This document shows, in pieces, positions 37,341 through 45,875 of a DNA stretch of 64,000 bases (position 1 is its first letter; every line of letters starts with the position of its first letter). The notes below the pieces were generated by a model. That model worked only from the letters and a program-made list of their open reading frames with translations, made no database searches and was not told the DNA's origin. Source of the DNA: a virus; the IMG/VR virus record IMGVR_UViG_3300029858_000005. One strand, 5' to 3'. The position numbers and the translations under genes are program-made.

Positions 37341-38060
37341 CCTACTGGCTATCTAGTGGTAGCCAGTGGGATATTTCCACCGTGCGAATTACGTGCGGTG
37401 CGGGTCGTCGTACCCTTATTTTTCCTATCACGTTTAGGCGTACATTTGCAGGTCGGTGCTGCATAAGGGAACAAAACAGAGATTTTGGTGTTATTCCAGA
37501 GAGAGAGAATTTATTCTCCCTCAGGGGATTTATTATCAAAATTTCAGAGAGCTATCCGGCAAACGAATCTGTAGTGATACAGAAAGGCGGGCGAGAAATC
37601 CCGTCGAGGGTAGCGAGAGAGCACAGAGCCACCACGATACCGAATGAGATGAGGCACGTGGAAAGAGTAAGAGCCGTAGCTGTGCAGTTGTCTAGCGAGA
37701 TAACGGACGGATAAATCATAATTCATATTCTATCCCGTTGGCTGCGGGTTTAGGGATACGAGATATCCTGAAAAGCTGCGTGTTGGATGGCACGTGGAGT
37801 GGTTGCCGTTGCAGGGATTTTCCTGCACATCATATTCGCTCATAGTTTTTAAAGTGTGGGCTAGCGAATATAAAACGCACTTTCTGAAATCGGTTGCTTG
37901 TCATCCGTGCGAGATTTATCTCCTCAGAAATAAACAAGCTGCTGGCAGAAGCATAAAATCTGTAGGGTGTGAGCCACGTAGTTAAGACGATAAAGATAAA
38001 ACGTGGTGCAAAGATGCACATCCTGGCTAACGGGGCGGGGAGAAATCTCCGCTCTACAAT
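37341..38060 (+). ncRNA. ORF-poor, hairpin-dense region: candidate structured ncRNA or leader
   Basis: About 720 nt carrying only short mutually overlapping ORFs on both strands, none with the start cassette. Many stems are present, for example 37344-37367 and tgcaggg/cctgca. Confidence 0.35.
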
Positions 38061-38083
38061 TACAAACCATTTATATTAGAATT

Positions 38084-38209
38084 ATGAAACAGAGAATCAA
38101 GGAATTTTGCGATAAGTACATGTGGTTTATCTTGCCTGCTTGCAGCGTTCTAGCTATAATGCTGGGTGTTGTTTTGGAGAAGCATTTTCCACTGAGTGAA
38201 ATTCTGTAG
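38084..38209 (+). CDS. small membrane protein (41 aa)
   Basis: Start cassette ...ttagaattATG. One hydrophobic helix. Confidence 0.5.
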   Translation: MKQRIKEFCDKYMWFILPACSVLAIMLGVVLEKHFPLSEIL

Positions 38210-38259
38210 CCTAATCTCCCTACGCTTGTAGGGAACGAATAACCAAAAATATTAGAATT

Positions 38260-38394
38260 ATGAGTACGCTGAGAATTAAATGCCTCGATATGTGCGAGGT
38301 TGAGAGTATCATTGCAGATGCTCAGGAGATTTTGAGTCACGTAGAATTCGGGTCGCTAAAGAATGGTGTGCTTACATTATTCTGCGTGGCGTGA
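38260..38394 (+). CDS. hypothetical small protein (44 aa)
   Basis: Start cassette taaccaaaaatattagaattATG. The stop sits within TGAGCCTAA. Too short for the ORF track. Confidence 0.45.
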   Translation: MSTLRIKCLDMCEVESIIADAQEILSHVEFGSLKNGVLTLFCVA

Positions 38395-38465
38395 GCCTAA
38401 AAATCCGTAGCCAGTACGATAATTGTCGTGCGTGGCTACGGAACAATTACCAATATTTTAGAATT

Positions 38466-38699
38466 ATGAAAGCAAGACAGATCATTTATTCAAGTACGAT
38501 AATTGTGCTTGGATTTATTCAGAGTGCGCCGGCATTCATTTGCTTGGCAAGTACGATAATTCTCCTGAATGTGCTTGGAATTCTTTACGGAATTCTGCTT
38601 GTGTATATTTGGAGCAGTACGAAAAAGGGTAAGTGGTATTTCCGTGAGCTGTGGAGATCCACACTCCGCTTGGAGAATTTCATCCTTCCTGGAGTTTAA
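38466..38699 (+). CDS. small two-helix membrane protein (77 aa) overlapping AGTACGATAAT repeats
   Basis: Start cassette present. The track ORF starts earlier at 38391. The repeated DNA encodes STII three times. Confidence 0.45.
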   Translation: MKARQIIYSSTIIVLGFIQSAPAFICLASTIILLNVLGILYGILLVYIWSSTKKGKWYFRELWRSTLRLENFILPGV

Positions 38700-38801
38700 G
38701 AGATTTGGAAAGTACGATAATTGTGCTTGGAAACATTTAGCTAAATTCTGCTTGGAGAAATCCAGGCAGTACGATAATATAACCAATTAAATTACAGAAT
38801 T

Positions 38802-38999
38802 ATGAAGAAGAATATTTTCGTGGCATTGTTTGCCGTAGTGTGTGTTGCATTGTTTGTAGTATCAATTACTCTGTATAATTGTCACAGGGCGAACGTGATG
38901 CTGAGAAAGACTGTTATCAGCCAGGCTAACGAGATTTTGAAACTAAACGGCTGTCACACAGCAGAGGGAGGTACAACGTTCGTAGGTCTCAGAAAGTAG
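38802..38999 (+). CDS. small membrane-anchored protein (65 aa)
   Basis: Start cassette present. N-terminal hydrophobic helix. Confidence 0.55.
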   Translation: MKKNIFVALFAVVCVALFVVSITLYNCHRANVMLRKTVISQANEILKLNGCHTAEGGTTFVGLRK

Positions 39000-39062
39000 C
39001 CAAAAAATGTGCTCAGGCATTTTCCTGGGCATACTATGTAAAACCATTAAACAAATTGAATT

Positions 39063-39239
39063 ATGTTAGACAGAAAATCACAGAAGAATTTTGAGCGTGC
39101 GCTTATGCATGAGATGGAGAAGATCAAGATTGCAGCGCGCCAGTGGCATAGCAACAATACTAAGGGCTACAGAGATTATCGTAGCAAGAAAACTATCTCC
39201 AAGAGTTTCTCTGAGATTGCGGTATTGTGCATGAGCTAA
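39063..39239 (+). CDS. hypothetical small basic protein (58 aa)
   Basis: Start cassette aaaccattaaacaaattgaattATG. Preferred over the antisense track ORF 39078..39275. Confidence 0.45.
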   Translation: MLDRKSQKNFERALMHEMEKIKIAARQWHSNNTKGYRDYRSKKTISKSFSEIAVLCMS

Positions 39240-39287
39240 ATGTGCGTGACGATTGTCACGCATACTATTCACCAATATTTAAGAATT

Positions 39288-39578
39288 ATGATAGATGAAG
39301 AATACAAGGAGAATGTAGAGTACATACTCTCTACGATTTTGCCTAAGTTGCAGGAAATCCAAAAAAAAGTATTGAAAAATCAATCAAGACTGAGCCTTGA
39401 TGTTAGCGTTAGCAATAAAAACGGCGAAGGGTATATAAGTTGTTTTGCCTGTGTCATGAATGACATGGGAGAAATAACGGATACTTGTTTTCCACGTTTC
39501 ATCTGCGTATGCAGCAAAGAGGAGATGGACGAGCGGCTCAACGAGCTTAAAGAGTTCATCAAGAAGCACCTAACCTGA
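39288..39578 (+). CDS. hypothetical protein (96 aa)
   Basis: A start cassette marks the internal Met of track ORF 39240..39578. Confidence 0.55.
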   Translation: MIDEEYKENVEYILSTILPKLQEIQKKVLKNQSRLSLDVSVSNKNGEGYISCFACVMNDMGEITDTCFPRFICVCSKEEMDERLNELKEFIKKHLT

Positions 39579-39627
39579 AATTGAGGGAGTTATTTCTCCC
39601 TCTCCTATAAACCAAAAATGTAGAATT

Positions 39628-39897
39628 ATGAGCAAGTGGATTCAGTTTTATCATAAGATTAACAAGTTTGACCTTGTGAACATGAGATTTACGGATGATT
39701 TCAGTATCGTGGAAATGGTGGGCATGGATTCTGTCATGCCTATCGACGGCAGATTGAGTCTGTCATCCATACGTGATGTAGTACAAAAGAAAATCGAGAG
39801 CATGAAGAAAATCGAGAGTTTCGACCCTTGTGCGTTCTCCATCCTCACCGGTCCTACTATTCTGTGTGCTTCAGAAAGTCCGGTGTACAATCTCTAG
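39628..39897 (+). CDS. hypothetical protein (89 aa)
   Basis: Start cassette present. Stop within TAGCCAGA. Confidence 0.55.
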   Translation: MSKWIQFYHKINKFDLVNMRFTDDFSIVEMVGMDSVMPIDGRLSLSSIRDVVQKKIESMKKIESFDPCAFSILTGPTILCASESPVYNL

Positions 39898-39954
39898 CCA
39901 GAACTGGGCAGTACGATAATGCGCTGCCTGCTATTAACCAAAACAGAATATATT

Positions 39955-40119
39955 ATGACAGCAGAAGAAAAGACTCAGCTAGAGAAGCTTGTAGAAAAGT
40001 ATTTGAAAGAAGATGCGTACAAGCCACGAGGATGGGGAGAGAGAGCCGCAAGGAAGTTTCTCAGCGCATTAAATGGCGAGTGGCTTCTTACGTACAGCTT
40101 TAGACCAGATCCGGCGTAG
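39955..40119 (+). CDS. hypothetical small protein (54 aa)
   Basis: Start cassette at the internal Met of track ORF 39919..40119. Confidence 0.45.
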   Translation: MTAEEKTQLEKLVEKYLKEDAYKPRGWGERAARKFLSALNGEWLLTYSFRPDPA

Positions 40120-40164
40120 TTATTTGCTACGCCTCCAATTATTAACCAAATCAAAATTAGAATT

Positions 40165-40341
40165 ATGACAGACGGAGACAGAAAGTTCCTTGCCAGGCTC
40201 GTAGCGAGTCACAAGGCAGTTATCAGCGAGGAGTGCAGACGCAAGAATCTCGACAAGAGCGAGTATTTCAGACGCGTAGCGCGTGCAGACAAGAAGGCTC
40301 GGGAGATTGAGCAAGCGTGCATGAGTCCTCGCAAATTCTAG
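40165..40341 (+). CDS. small DNA-binding candidate (ribbon-helix-helix-like, 58 aa)
   Basis: Hand translation gives MTDGDRKFLARLVASHKAVISEECRRKNLDKSEYFRRVARAD... The KSEYFRR segment resembles RHH/MobC-type motifs. Start cassette present. Confidence 0.4.
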   Translation: MTDGDRKFLARLVASHKAVISEECRRKNLDKSEYFRRVARADKKAREIEQACMSPRKF

Positions 40342-40402
40342 CCAAACATTCTGTGCAGTCTATCTGCACAGAAACCATGTTAAACCATAAAAATGTAGAA
40401 TT

Positions 40403-41296
40403 ATGAAGAAAATTGTTAATACATTTACGAAGATTTTCGTACGAGACGGAAAGCGTCACAGAATTGTCGCTGTCGCTTCTTTAGGTGATGAGTGCAGAAA
40501 TAACATCTGCACTTTCTCTATTACAGGTCAGATAGATATTTTCTGTTTCGGTTCATGGCACTGCAAAACCTGCGGTTGCATTACAGACGAGATATGCAAA
40601 TTCTTTCCGGAATTGAAGCCATTTGTAAATCTTCACATGTGCAACTACAAGGGACAGCCATTCTATACTGTTGATAATGGCATTTACTATGTATCCCAAA
40701 GTAAGGAGATTGCTATGCGTAATCTCAGAATTACCGAGGATGAGTACGAGGCCCTGCTCCCTGCTGCCGAGCTGAACGACAAGGACTATTTTGTCTATAA
40801 GCTGTTCAAACTTGGCATCGTTAAGAGATGGAAGTCTGAAGCAGACAAGTTCATTGAGTTTCTTCTTCGCCAAGGAGGTGAATGGGAGAATCCATACACT
40901 ATCAGCGACGAAAGACCGACAATTAAGCTGACCGGAGGCATAAGAGCTCTTGTAGAATCCAGACTCAAGAAAGGATACTACACGAAGGAAAATATTGATA
41001 AGATATTGCAGCAAAGAAGAGCTGACGAAATCAGCAAGAAACGTCAGTCTGTAATTGAAGAGTTCTACAAGAAGACCGAAAAAGCTCGCAATGAGCGTGA
41101 CGTGATGCTTTACATTCTTGACCACGGTCTTTCTATCGGTAACGTGATTTATTACGATTACAACAACACCGTGAAGTTCAACTGGCTCGATTACAAGGAG
41201 CAGATTACGAAAGAACAGTTCGAGAATTTTATTGGGAACTTAGATCCCAGCAAGTTGCCTGAGGGTATTAAATTCTCAATCGACATCAAGAAGTAG
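40403..41296 (+). CDS. hypothetical protein (297 aa, N-terminal Cys cluster)
   Basis: Track ORF with start cassette. Confidence 0.65.
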   Translation: MKKIVNTFTKIFVRDGKRHRIVAVASLGDECRNNICTFSITGQIDIFCFGSWHCKTCGCITDEICKFFPELKPFVNLHMCNYKGQPFYTVDNGIYYVSQSKEIAMRNLRITEDEYEALLPAAELNDKDYFVYKLFKLGIVKRWKSEADKFIEFLLRQGGEWENPYTISDERPTIKLTGGIRALVESRLKKGYYTKENIDKILQQRRADEISKKRQSVIEEFYKKTEKARNERDVMLYILDHGLSIGNVIYYDYNNTVKFNWLDYKEQITKEQFENFIGNLDPSKLPEGIKFSIDIKK

Positions 41297-41351
41297 CCAA
41301 CCAATCCTCACTACAACGGGTGGGGATTTCTATTAACCAAATATTAGAATT

Positions 41352-41690
41352 ATGATAACGGATTACTACACAGCCGTACACTGGCTAAAAAGTGCGTTCA
41401 TCCTCTGTAACGAGATTGTAGAGAATGACGAATCAGTGATTGAAAACATCGAGTATCCAGAGATGACAGAAGAAGAAAGGAACAGAATCGAGATATTCCA
41501 GTGGTTCCTCACTAACATGAGCGAAGAGGATAAGGAATGGATGCAGAAGAATTTCCCTGATCTTATCTTCTCTTACTCAGACAAGCTTGACTTGTGGATT
41601 CTTTGCGTAGATCATTTTGGAACGATGTGGAAGGGAGTCCCAACGACTACCAACTGCGAGAATGCGGCAAAGGCTAGCCAGCTGCCGTAG
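41352..41690 (+). CDS. hypothetical acidic protein (112 aa)
   Basis: Track ORF, flanked by two near-identical cassettes. Confidence 0.6.
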   Translation: MITDYYTAVHWLKSAFILCNEIVENDESVIENIEYPEMTEEERNRIEIFQWFLTNMSEEDKEWMQKNFPDLIFSYSDKLDLWILCVDHFGTMWKGVPTTTNCENAAKASQLP

Positions 41691-41748
41691 CCAAACCAAT
41701 CCTCACTCCCATGGGTGGGGATTTCTATTAACCAAAGATTACAGAATT

Positions 41749-41988
41749 ATGAGTGATTTAGAGAAAATCCTGAATGACGATTTACTGAAGTGTAAAATCG
41801 TTGAGTCAGTAGAGAATCCCGTTAGGCGTGTGGACCTTATCAAGTGGACGCACGACAATACATACTCTATTGCTGAGGTACGCAAGGATACCGGTAAGCT
41901 AGAGGTCACAGACTTGAAAGCTGCCAGTGGTCTTGATGCATACAAGCATTTCTACAGAAATTATGGCGACATTGCCATATGTGGCTAA
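41749..41988 (+). CDS. hypothetical protein (79 aa)
   Basis: Start cassette at the internal Met of track ORF 41617..41988. Confidence 0.55.
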   Translation: MSDLEKILNDDLLKCKIVESVENPVRRVDLIKWTHDNTYSIAEVRKDTGKLEVTDLKAASGLDAYKHFYRNYGDIAICG

Positions 41989-42041
41989 AACTCCCCACAC
42001 CATTGTGGGGAACCATTATGAACCATTAAAACAGATGAATT

Positions 42042-42581
42042 ATGGAAAAGAATATTGTAGAAGTTGTTATGAATAACAAGGGTGAAGTTGTCGAGAAAGT
42101 AGCCGATTATATCGGTGTGGCAAGTTTTGCCGCGGTTATCGAGAGCCTCTATCGTGAGTGTCTTGAAAATTTCGATGACGCAGAGGATCTGGAAGAATAC
42201 ATTGCAGATGTATTCGAAAAGAATATCCAGTCTCTTGCGTGGGAGTTTACCCACAAGGTAAACAGAGAGATGAAGAAATATCTCCATCTTAACGACCAGC
42301 GCATGGATGGTAATTTTGCCAATCTGTACAACGATTATCCTAGACACGTTACAGGTACGTTCTGGGCGACGGACTACGATGGCGACGATTACTACGATTT
42401 GTATCCTCAGATGGTAGCCAGACTCGATTCCGCAGAGGACAGCGAGCAGGCGAACGAGGATAGAGCGTACCTAGAGGAATGGTATTTCAAGGCGTTCGGC
42501 ACGTACAACATCAAGTACAATTTCTCGAATGAGCTTGAAGAGGTTCACTCCATGATGGAGGAAGATTATGAGGAAGCCTAA
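42042..42581 (+). CDS. hypothetical highly acidic protein (179 aa)
   Basis: Track ORF with start cassette. The D/E/Y-rich composition could fit a DNA mimic, but this is unproven. Confidence 0.6.
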   Translation: MEKNIVEVVMNNKGEVVEKVADYIGVASFAAVIESLYRECLENFDDAEDLEEYIADVFEKNIQSLAWEFTHKVNREMKKYLHLNDQRMDGNFANLYNDYPRHVTGTFWATDYDGDDYYDLYPQMVARLDSAEDSEQANEDRAYLEEWYFKAFGTYNIKYNFSNELEEVHSMMEEDYEEA

Positions 42582-42636
42582 CAATATCCCCTAGCATGGG
42601 GATATTCAATGTTAAACCATTTAAATGATATTAGAT

Positions 42637-43479
42637 ATGAGTTACGAATTTGCAAAGAAAGAAATCGGCGATTACAGAATCACCATTTATCAGGATGAGA
42701 ATGCCGAATGCCCTTGCTCTGCATGGGATTTGGCAGGCGTATATCTTTGGGAGTATACCAGTTGCGGTAGTGGAAGATTAAGTAACGGCTGTAACTGGGA
42801 TGAAATATACGACAGAAAATACGACACTAATAACCACAGTTTGCAGGATGCTCTTCGTGAGCTTGTATACATGTACGTTCCGCAGAATCGTCTTGTAAAA
42901 TATCTGAAGAGCAACAAGCATCGCTCTGCCAAATTATCGTATGATAGAAGCTCTCATGTTTGGGAACTTGATTATTACGACAGCAGAGAGGCATACAAGA
43001 CTTCGGTAGAGTTTACTCCTGACGAAATCAAGAACTATGAAATGAGAGCAGAGATGATCGAGCCTATGAACAACGAGGACTTGATATGGCTGCTTGATGA
43101 CATAGCTTACGAAATCGTGATATACGAGTGGTCTTCTACGGGATACTGCCAGGGAGACTACGTAGAAGGCATTGCCTATTGCGACAAGGAGCGCTTCAAA
43201 AAGATGGTTGATACAAATACCAAGAACTGGAAGAATCGCGCTATCGAGCTGTTTGAGAGCGAAGTCAAGGATATTGGTATGTGGATGTGGGGTGATGTAA
43301 AAAGTTACGTCCTAGAAAAGAAACGCCCGTATACAAAATTGTACGAGGACGGTAAATCTTCTGATTCCTACGAGTGGAAGCAGATTGAATCCTGTTGCGG
43401 AGAGTACTTCGAAGATGCTGATGACCTCATCGAAGAGGTTATCAAGGAACACGGCTTACAGCCGAAAGATGCAGCCTAA
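42637..43479 (+). CDS. hypothetical protein (280 aa)
   Basis: Track ORF 42625..43479. The ATG at 42637 matches the ttagatATG cassette. Confidence 0.6.
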   Translation: MSYEFAKKEIGDYRITIYQDENAECPCSAWDLAGVYLWEYTSCGSGRLSNGCNWDEIYDRKYDTNNHSLQDALRELVYMYVPQNRLVKYLKSNKHRSAKLSYDRSSHVWELDYYDSREAYKTSVEFTPDEIKNYEMRAEMIEPMNNEDLIWLLDDIAYEIVIYEWSSTGYCQGDYVEGIAYCDKERFKKMVDTNTKNWKNRAIELFESEVKDIGMWMWGDVKSYVLEKKRPYTKLYEDGKSSDSYEWKQIESCCGEYFEDADDLIEEVIKEHGLQPKDAA

Positions 43480-43527
43480 CAAGGGGAGCTTGCATGCTCC
43501 TCTTCCATTAACCAATTAAATAGAATT

Positions 43528-43788
43528 ATGGGAAAGATTACAATTTCGCAGAAGGGAAGTAGAACTATCTACAGAGTGAACAGAAGAATCGTGTGCTATC
43601 GTGACGGGCACAAGTATTGTGTGGGCAAGCCATCATCTGGCAGCACCCATATCGAGCTTGATGCCTTGTCCGAGAATATTGCACACGAGAGATGCATTGA
43701 GATTTGTGAGCGTAGAATCAATGCGGAGATGAAGTATCAGAATCCTGTCGCATACAACGCCCACAGAGTATTGAACGCATTAGCCTAA
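43528..43788 (+). CDS. hypothetical protein (86 aa)
   Basis: Track ORF with start cassette. Confidence 0.55.
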   Translation: MGKITISQKGSRTIYRVNRRIVCYRDGHKYCVGKPSSGSTHIELDALSENIAHERCIEICERRINAEMKYQNPVAYNAHRVLNALA

Positions 43789-43841
43789 AAACGGAGGGAG
43801 CAATCCCTCTGACATTATTAACCAATAAATTATTAAGAATT

Positions 43842-44249
43842 ATGGATAAAAAAGAAATGTGGAAAGTACTTGGACGTGACGATTACGCACACAAGTCTCA
43901 AGAACTGAAAAAAAAGTGCGAGGAACTGGCGAAAGCTATATGCGATAAGCTCATTGAGCTTGACATGACAGAAATCTTCATCCCTCGCTGTGGTATTACC
44001 TTCAGAGTTATTACCGTGCAAATAAGTTGTGTTAAACGCATTCTTCTTGCGCTAGAGAGTGGCACCATTTACTATTTGTTGCAAGAGTTTGATATATGCA
44101 ACATACATGCTGGTGACCTTAATGTGAAGGTTGGCCGCGTAGTAGATGCACTTAGTTTTGTTACTCACTTGGACGAGATATTACAAGAAATATCGAAGAT
44201 TGAGGACAAAGAAGTCGCAGACATCGAAGCTGCTCTCAAGAGACTCTAA
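43842..44249 (+). CDS. hypothetical protein (135 aa)
   Basis: Track ORF with start cassette. Confidence 0.6.
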   Translation: MDKKEMWKVLGRDDYAHKSQELKKKCEELAKAICDKLIELDMTEIFIPRCGITFRVITVQISCVKRILLALESGTIYYLLQEFDICNIHAGDLNVKVGRVVDALSFVTHLDEILQEISKIEDKEVADIEAALKRL

Positions 44250-44259
44250 CATCTATCAT

Positions 44260-44301
44260 CCGTGAGCGACAGGCGCACATCGGGTTCGAGACCCGACACG
44301 G
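44260..44301 (+). other. tRNA-like minihelix (closing stem plus small hairpin plus T-arm-like hairpin)
   Basis: ccgtg-a-[gcg acagg cgc]-aca-[tcggg TTCGAGA cccga]-cacgg. Confidence 0.3.
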
Positions 44302-44329
44302 AACAATATTAACCAAAATTACAAGAGTT

Positions 44330-44557
44330 ATGAAGAGATATTACGTATCAGTCACAGAGCATTTAAACAAGGTAGTCAGCGTTGATGCTGAGAGTGAGAA
44401 TGAAGCCGTACAGAAAGTGCAGGATGCCTATAATAATAGCGATATTATTCTTGACGCTGACAATTTCTCAGGTGAGGTTATCGAGATCGAACCAGATCAG
44501 GAGTACTGGAGAGAATCCGAAGAGGATGACAGCGCAGCACTCCAGCATATCGACTAA
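44330..44557 (+). CDS. hypothetical acidic protein (75 aa)
   Basis: Track ORF with start cassette. Confidence 0.55.
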   Translation: MKRYYVSVTEHLNKVVSVDAESENEAVQKVQDAYNNSDIILDADNFSGEVIEIEPDQEYWRESEEDDSAALQHID

Positions 44558-44609
44558 GCCTAAAAAGAGAGGGTAGCTCCCTCTCACAATAACCAAAACA
44601 AGAAGAATT

Positions 44610-45875
44610 ATGAATGAAGACAGAATCCTAGAGATGTTCTTCGAAAAAGCCAGATGGCAGTATGCTATCGAGAAAGGCTTATTCAAGGACATGAACAAAG
44701 CAGTAATGTATCAGCTGACGACACCGGAGGCTCGTCTGGCTATGTATCAGAGGATCAAGAGCGGCAATTACAAGATAATGCCGCCACACACAGCGAAGAT
44801 TCCGAAAGACAACGGAGATTTCCGCACTGTCTATGTGAATGAGGCTGTGGACAGAATCCTCCTGAGCATAGCCAACGACCTCCTGTTCGAGCTGATGCCA
44901 GAGATGGTGCATTCACGCTGCACGTCATACCAGAAAGGTATCGGCTGCGGCCGTGTTGTACAAGATGTCTCTCATATAATATACTCGGCAGATGGTAGAA
45001 TCATCGGATTCAAGTCCGACTTATCCAAGTACTTTGACAACGTGCCTATCCGATTCATCGACTGGGCATTTGACAGAGTAGAGGAGAAGTGCGGAAAATC
45101 TGCACTGATAGATGTCATCCGTGACTACTATCACACAGATATCTATTTCGATGAGGACAATAACCTCTGCGAGAAGTATCAGTCCCTCAAGCAGGGATGC
45201 TCTGTTGCCGCATGGCTGGCTGACGTGGTTCTATACCATATCGATGAGATGTTGTCGAGTCTGAACGGATATTACGTCCGTTACTCAGATGATATTCTCT
45301 TCGTTGGCGAGGACTACGAGAAAGCCATGGATATACTGAAGAGCGAGCTGGAGAAGATGCAGATGACGCTCAACCCGAAGAAGGTTGAGTATCTTGACGC
45401 AAATCACTGGTTCAAGTTCTTGGGATATTCCATCAAGGGTCACAATATCTCTCTGTCGTCCACACGTATCAAGACCTTCCAGAAGGAGATTGAGAAAAGG
45501 ACGATAAAGAAGCGTGATACTACGATGACGAAAGCCGTCAATGCTGTAAACAGGTATCTCTACAAGGGGTACTGCGATTACTCCTGGGCTACTCAGGTTC
45601 TTCCGGTCATAAACGTGAAAGAGGACATCGACAAGCTCAACACCTTCGTCATGGACTGCATCCGTGCGGTCAAGACAGGCAAGAGAAAGATCGGTGGTCT
45701 CGGATACGTGAAGACTCAGGCTGTAGGTTGCATAGACCGAGGTCGTGGAAGGAACGTGAAAGCCAACAGGAGTAAGACAGAGAGCGAAATCAAGGGGTAT
45801 CTATCGATAGGTTGTGCTCAGAATGCCTTGCGAACGAGCAGGGCAGCGTACAACACATTGGTGAATACTTTGTAG
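44610..45875 (+). CDS. reverse transcriptase, group-II-intron-like (RT domains 1-7 plus thumb/X-like region; no endonuclease domain)
   Basis: RT motifs seen: IPKDNGDFRTVYV (RT1), SYQKGIG (RT2a), FKSDLSKYFDNV (RT3), LKQGCSVAAWLADVVLYHID (RT4), YVRYSDDILFVG (RT5, YxDD), LNPKKVEY (RT6), FKFLGYSI (RT7). VNRYLYKGYCDYSW is X-domain-like. Confidence 0.9.
   Translation: MNEDRILEMFFEKARWQYAIEKGLFKDMNKAVMYQLTTPEARLAMYQRIKSGNYKIMPPHTAKIPKDNGDFRTVYVNEAVDRILLSIANDLLFELMPEMVHSRCTSYQKGIGCGRVVQDVSHIIYSADGRIIGFKSDLSKYFDNVPIRFIDWAFDRVEEKCGKSALIDVIRDYYHTDIYFDEDNNLCEKYQSLKQGCSVAAWLADVVLYHIDEMLSSLNGYYVRYSDDILFVGEDYEKAMDILKSELEKMQMTLNPKKVEYLDANHWFKFLGYSIKGHNISLSSTRIKTFQKEIEKRTIKKRDTTMTKAVNAVNRYLYKGYCDYSWATQVLPVINVKEDIDKLNTFVMDCIRAVKTGKRKIGGLGYVKTQAVGCIDRGRGRNVKANRSKTESEIKGYLSIGCAQNALRTSRAAYNTLVNTL

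Noticed and set aside
37382-38021. Five 60-110-aa ORFs on both strands in the first non-coding region
   Set aside because: They overlap one another, are Arg/Ser/Cys-rich, and lack the conserved AGAATTATG start cassette used by every neighbouring gene.
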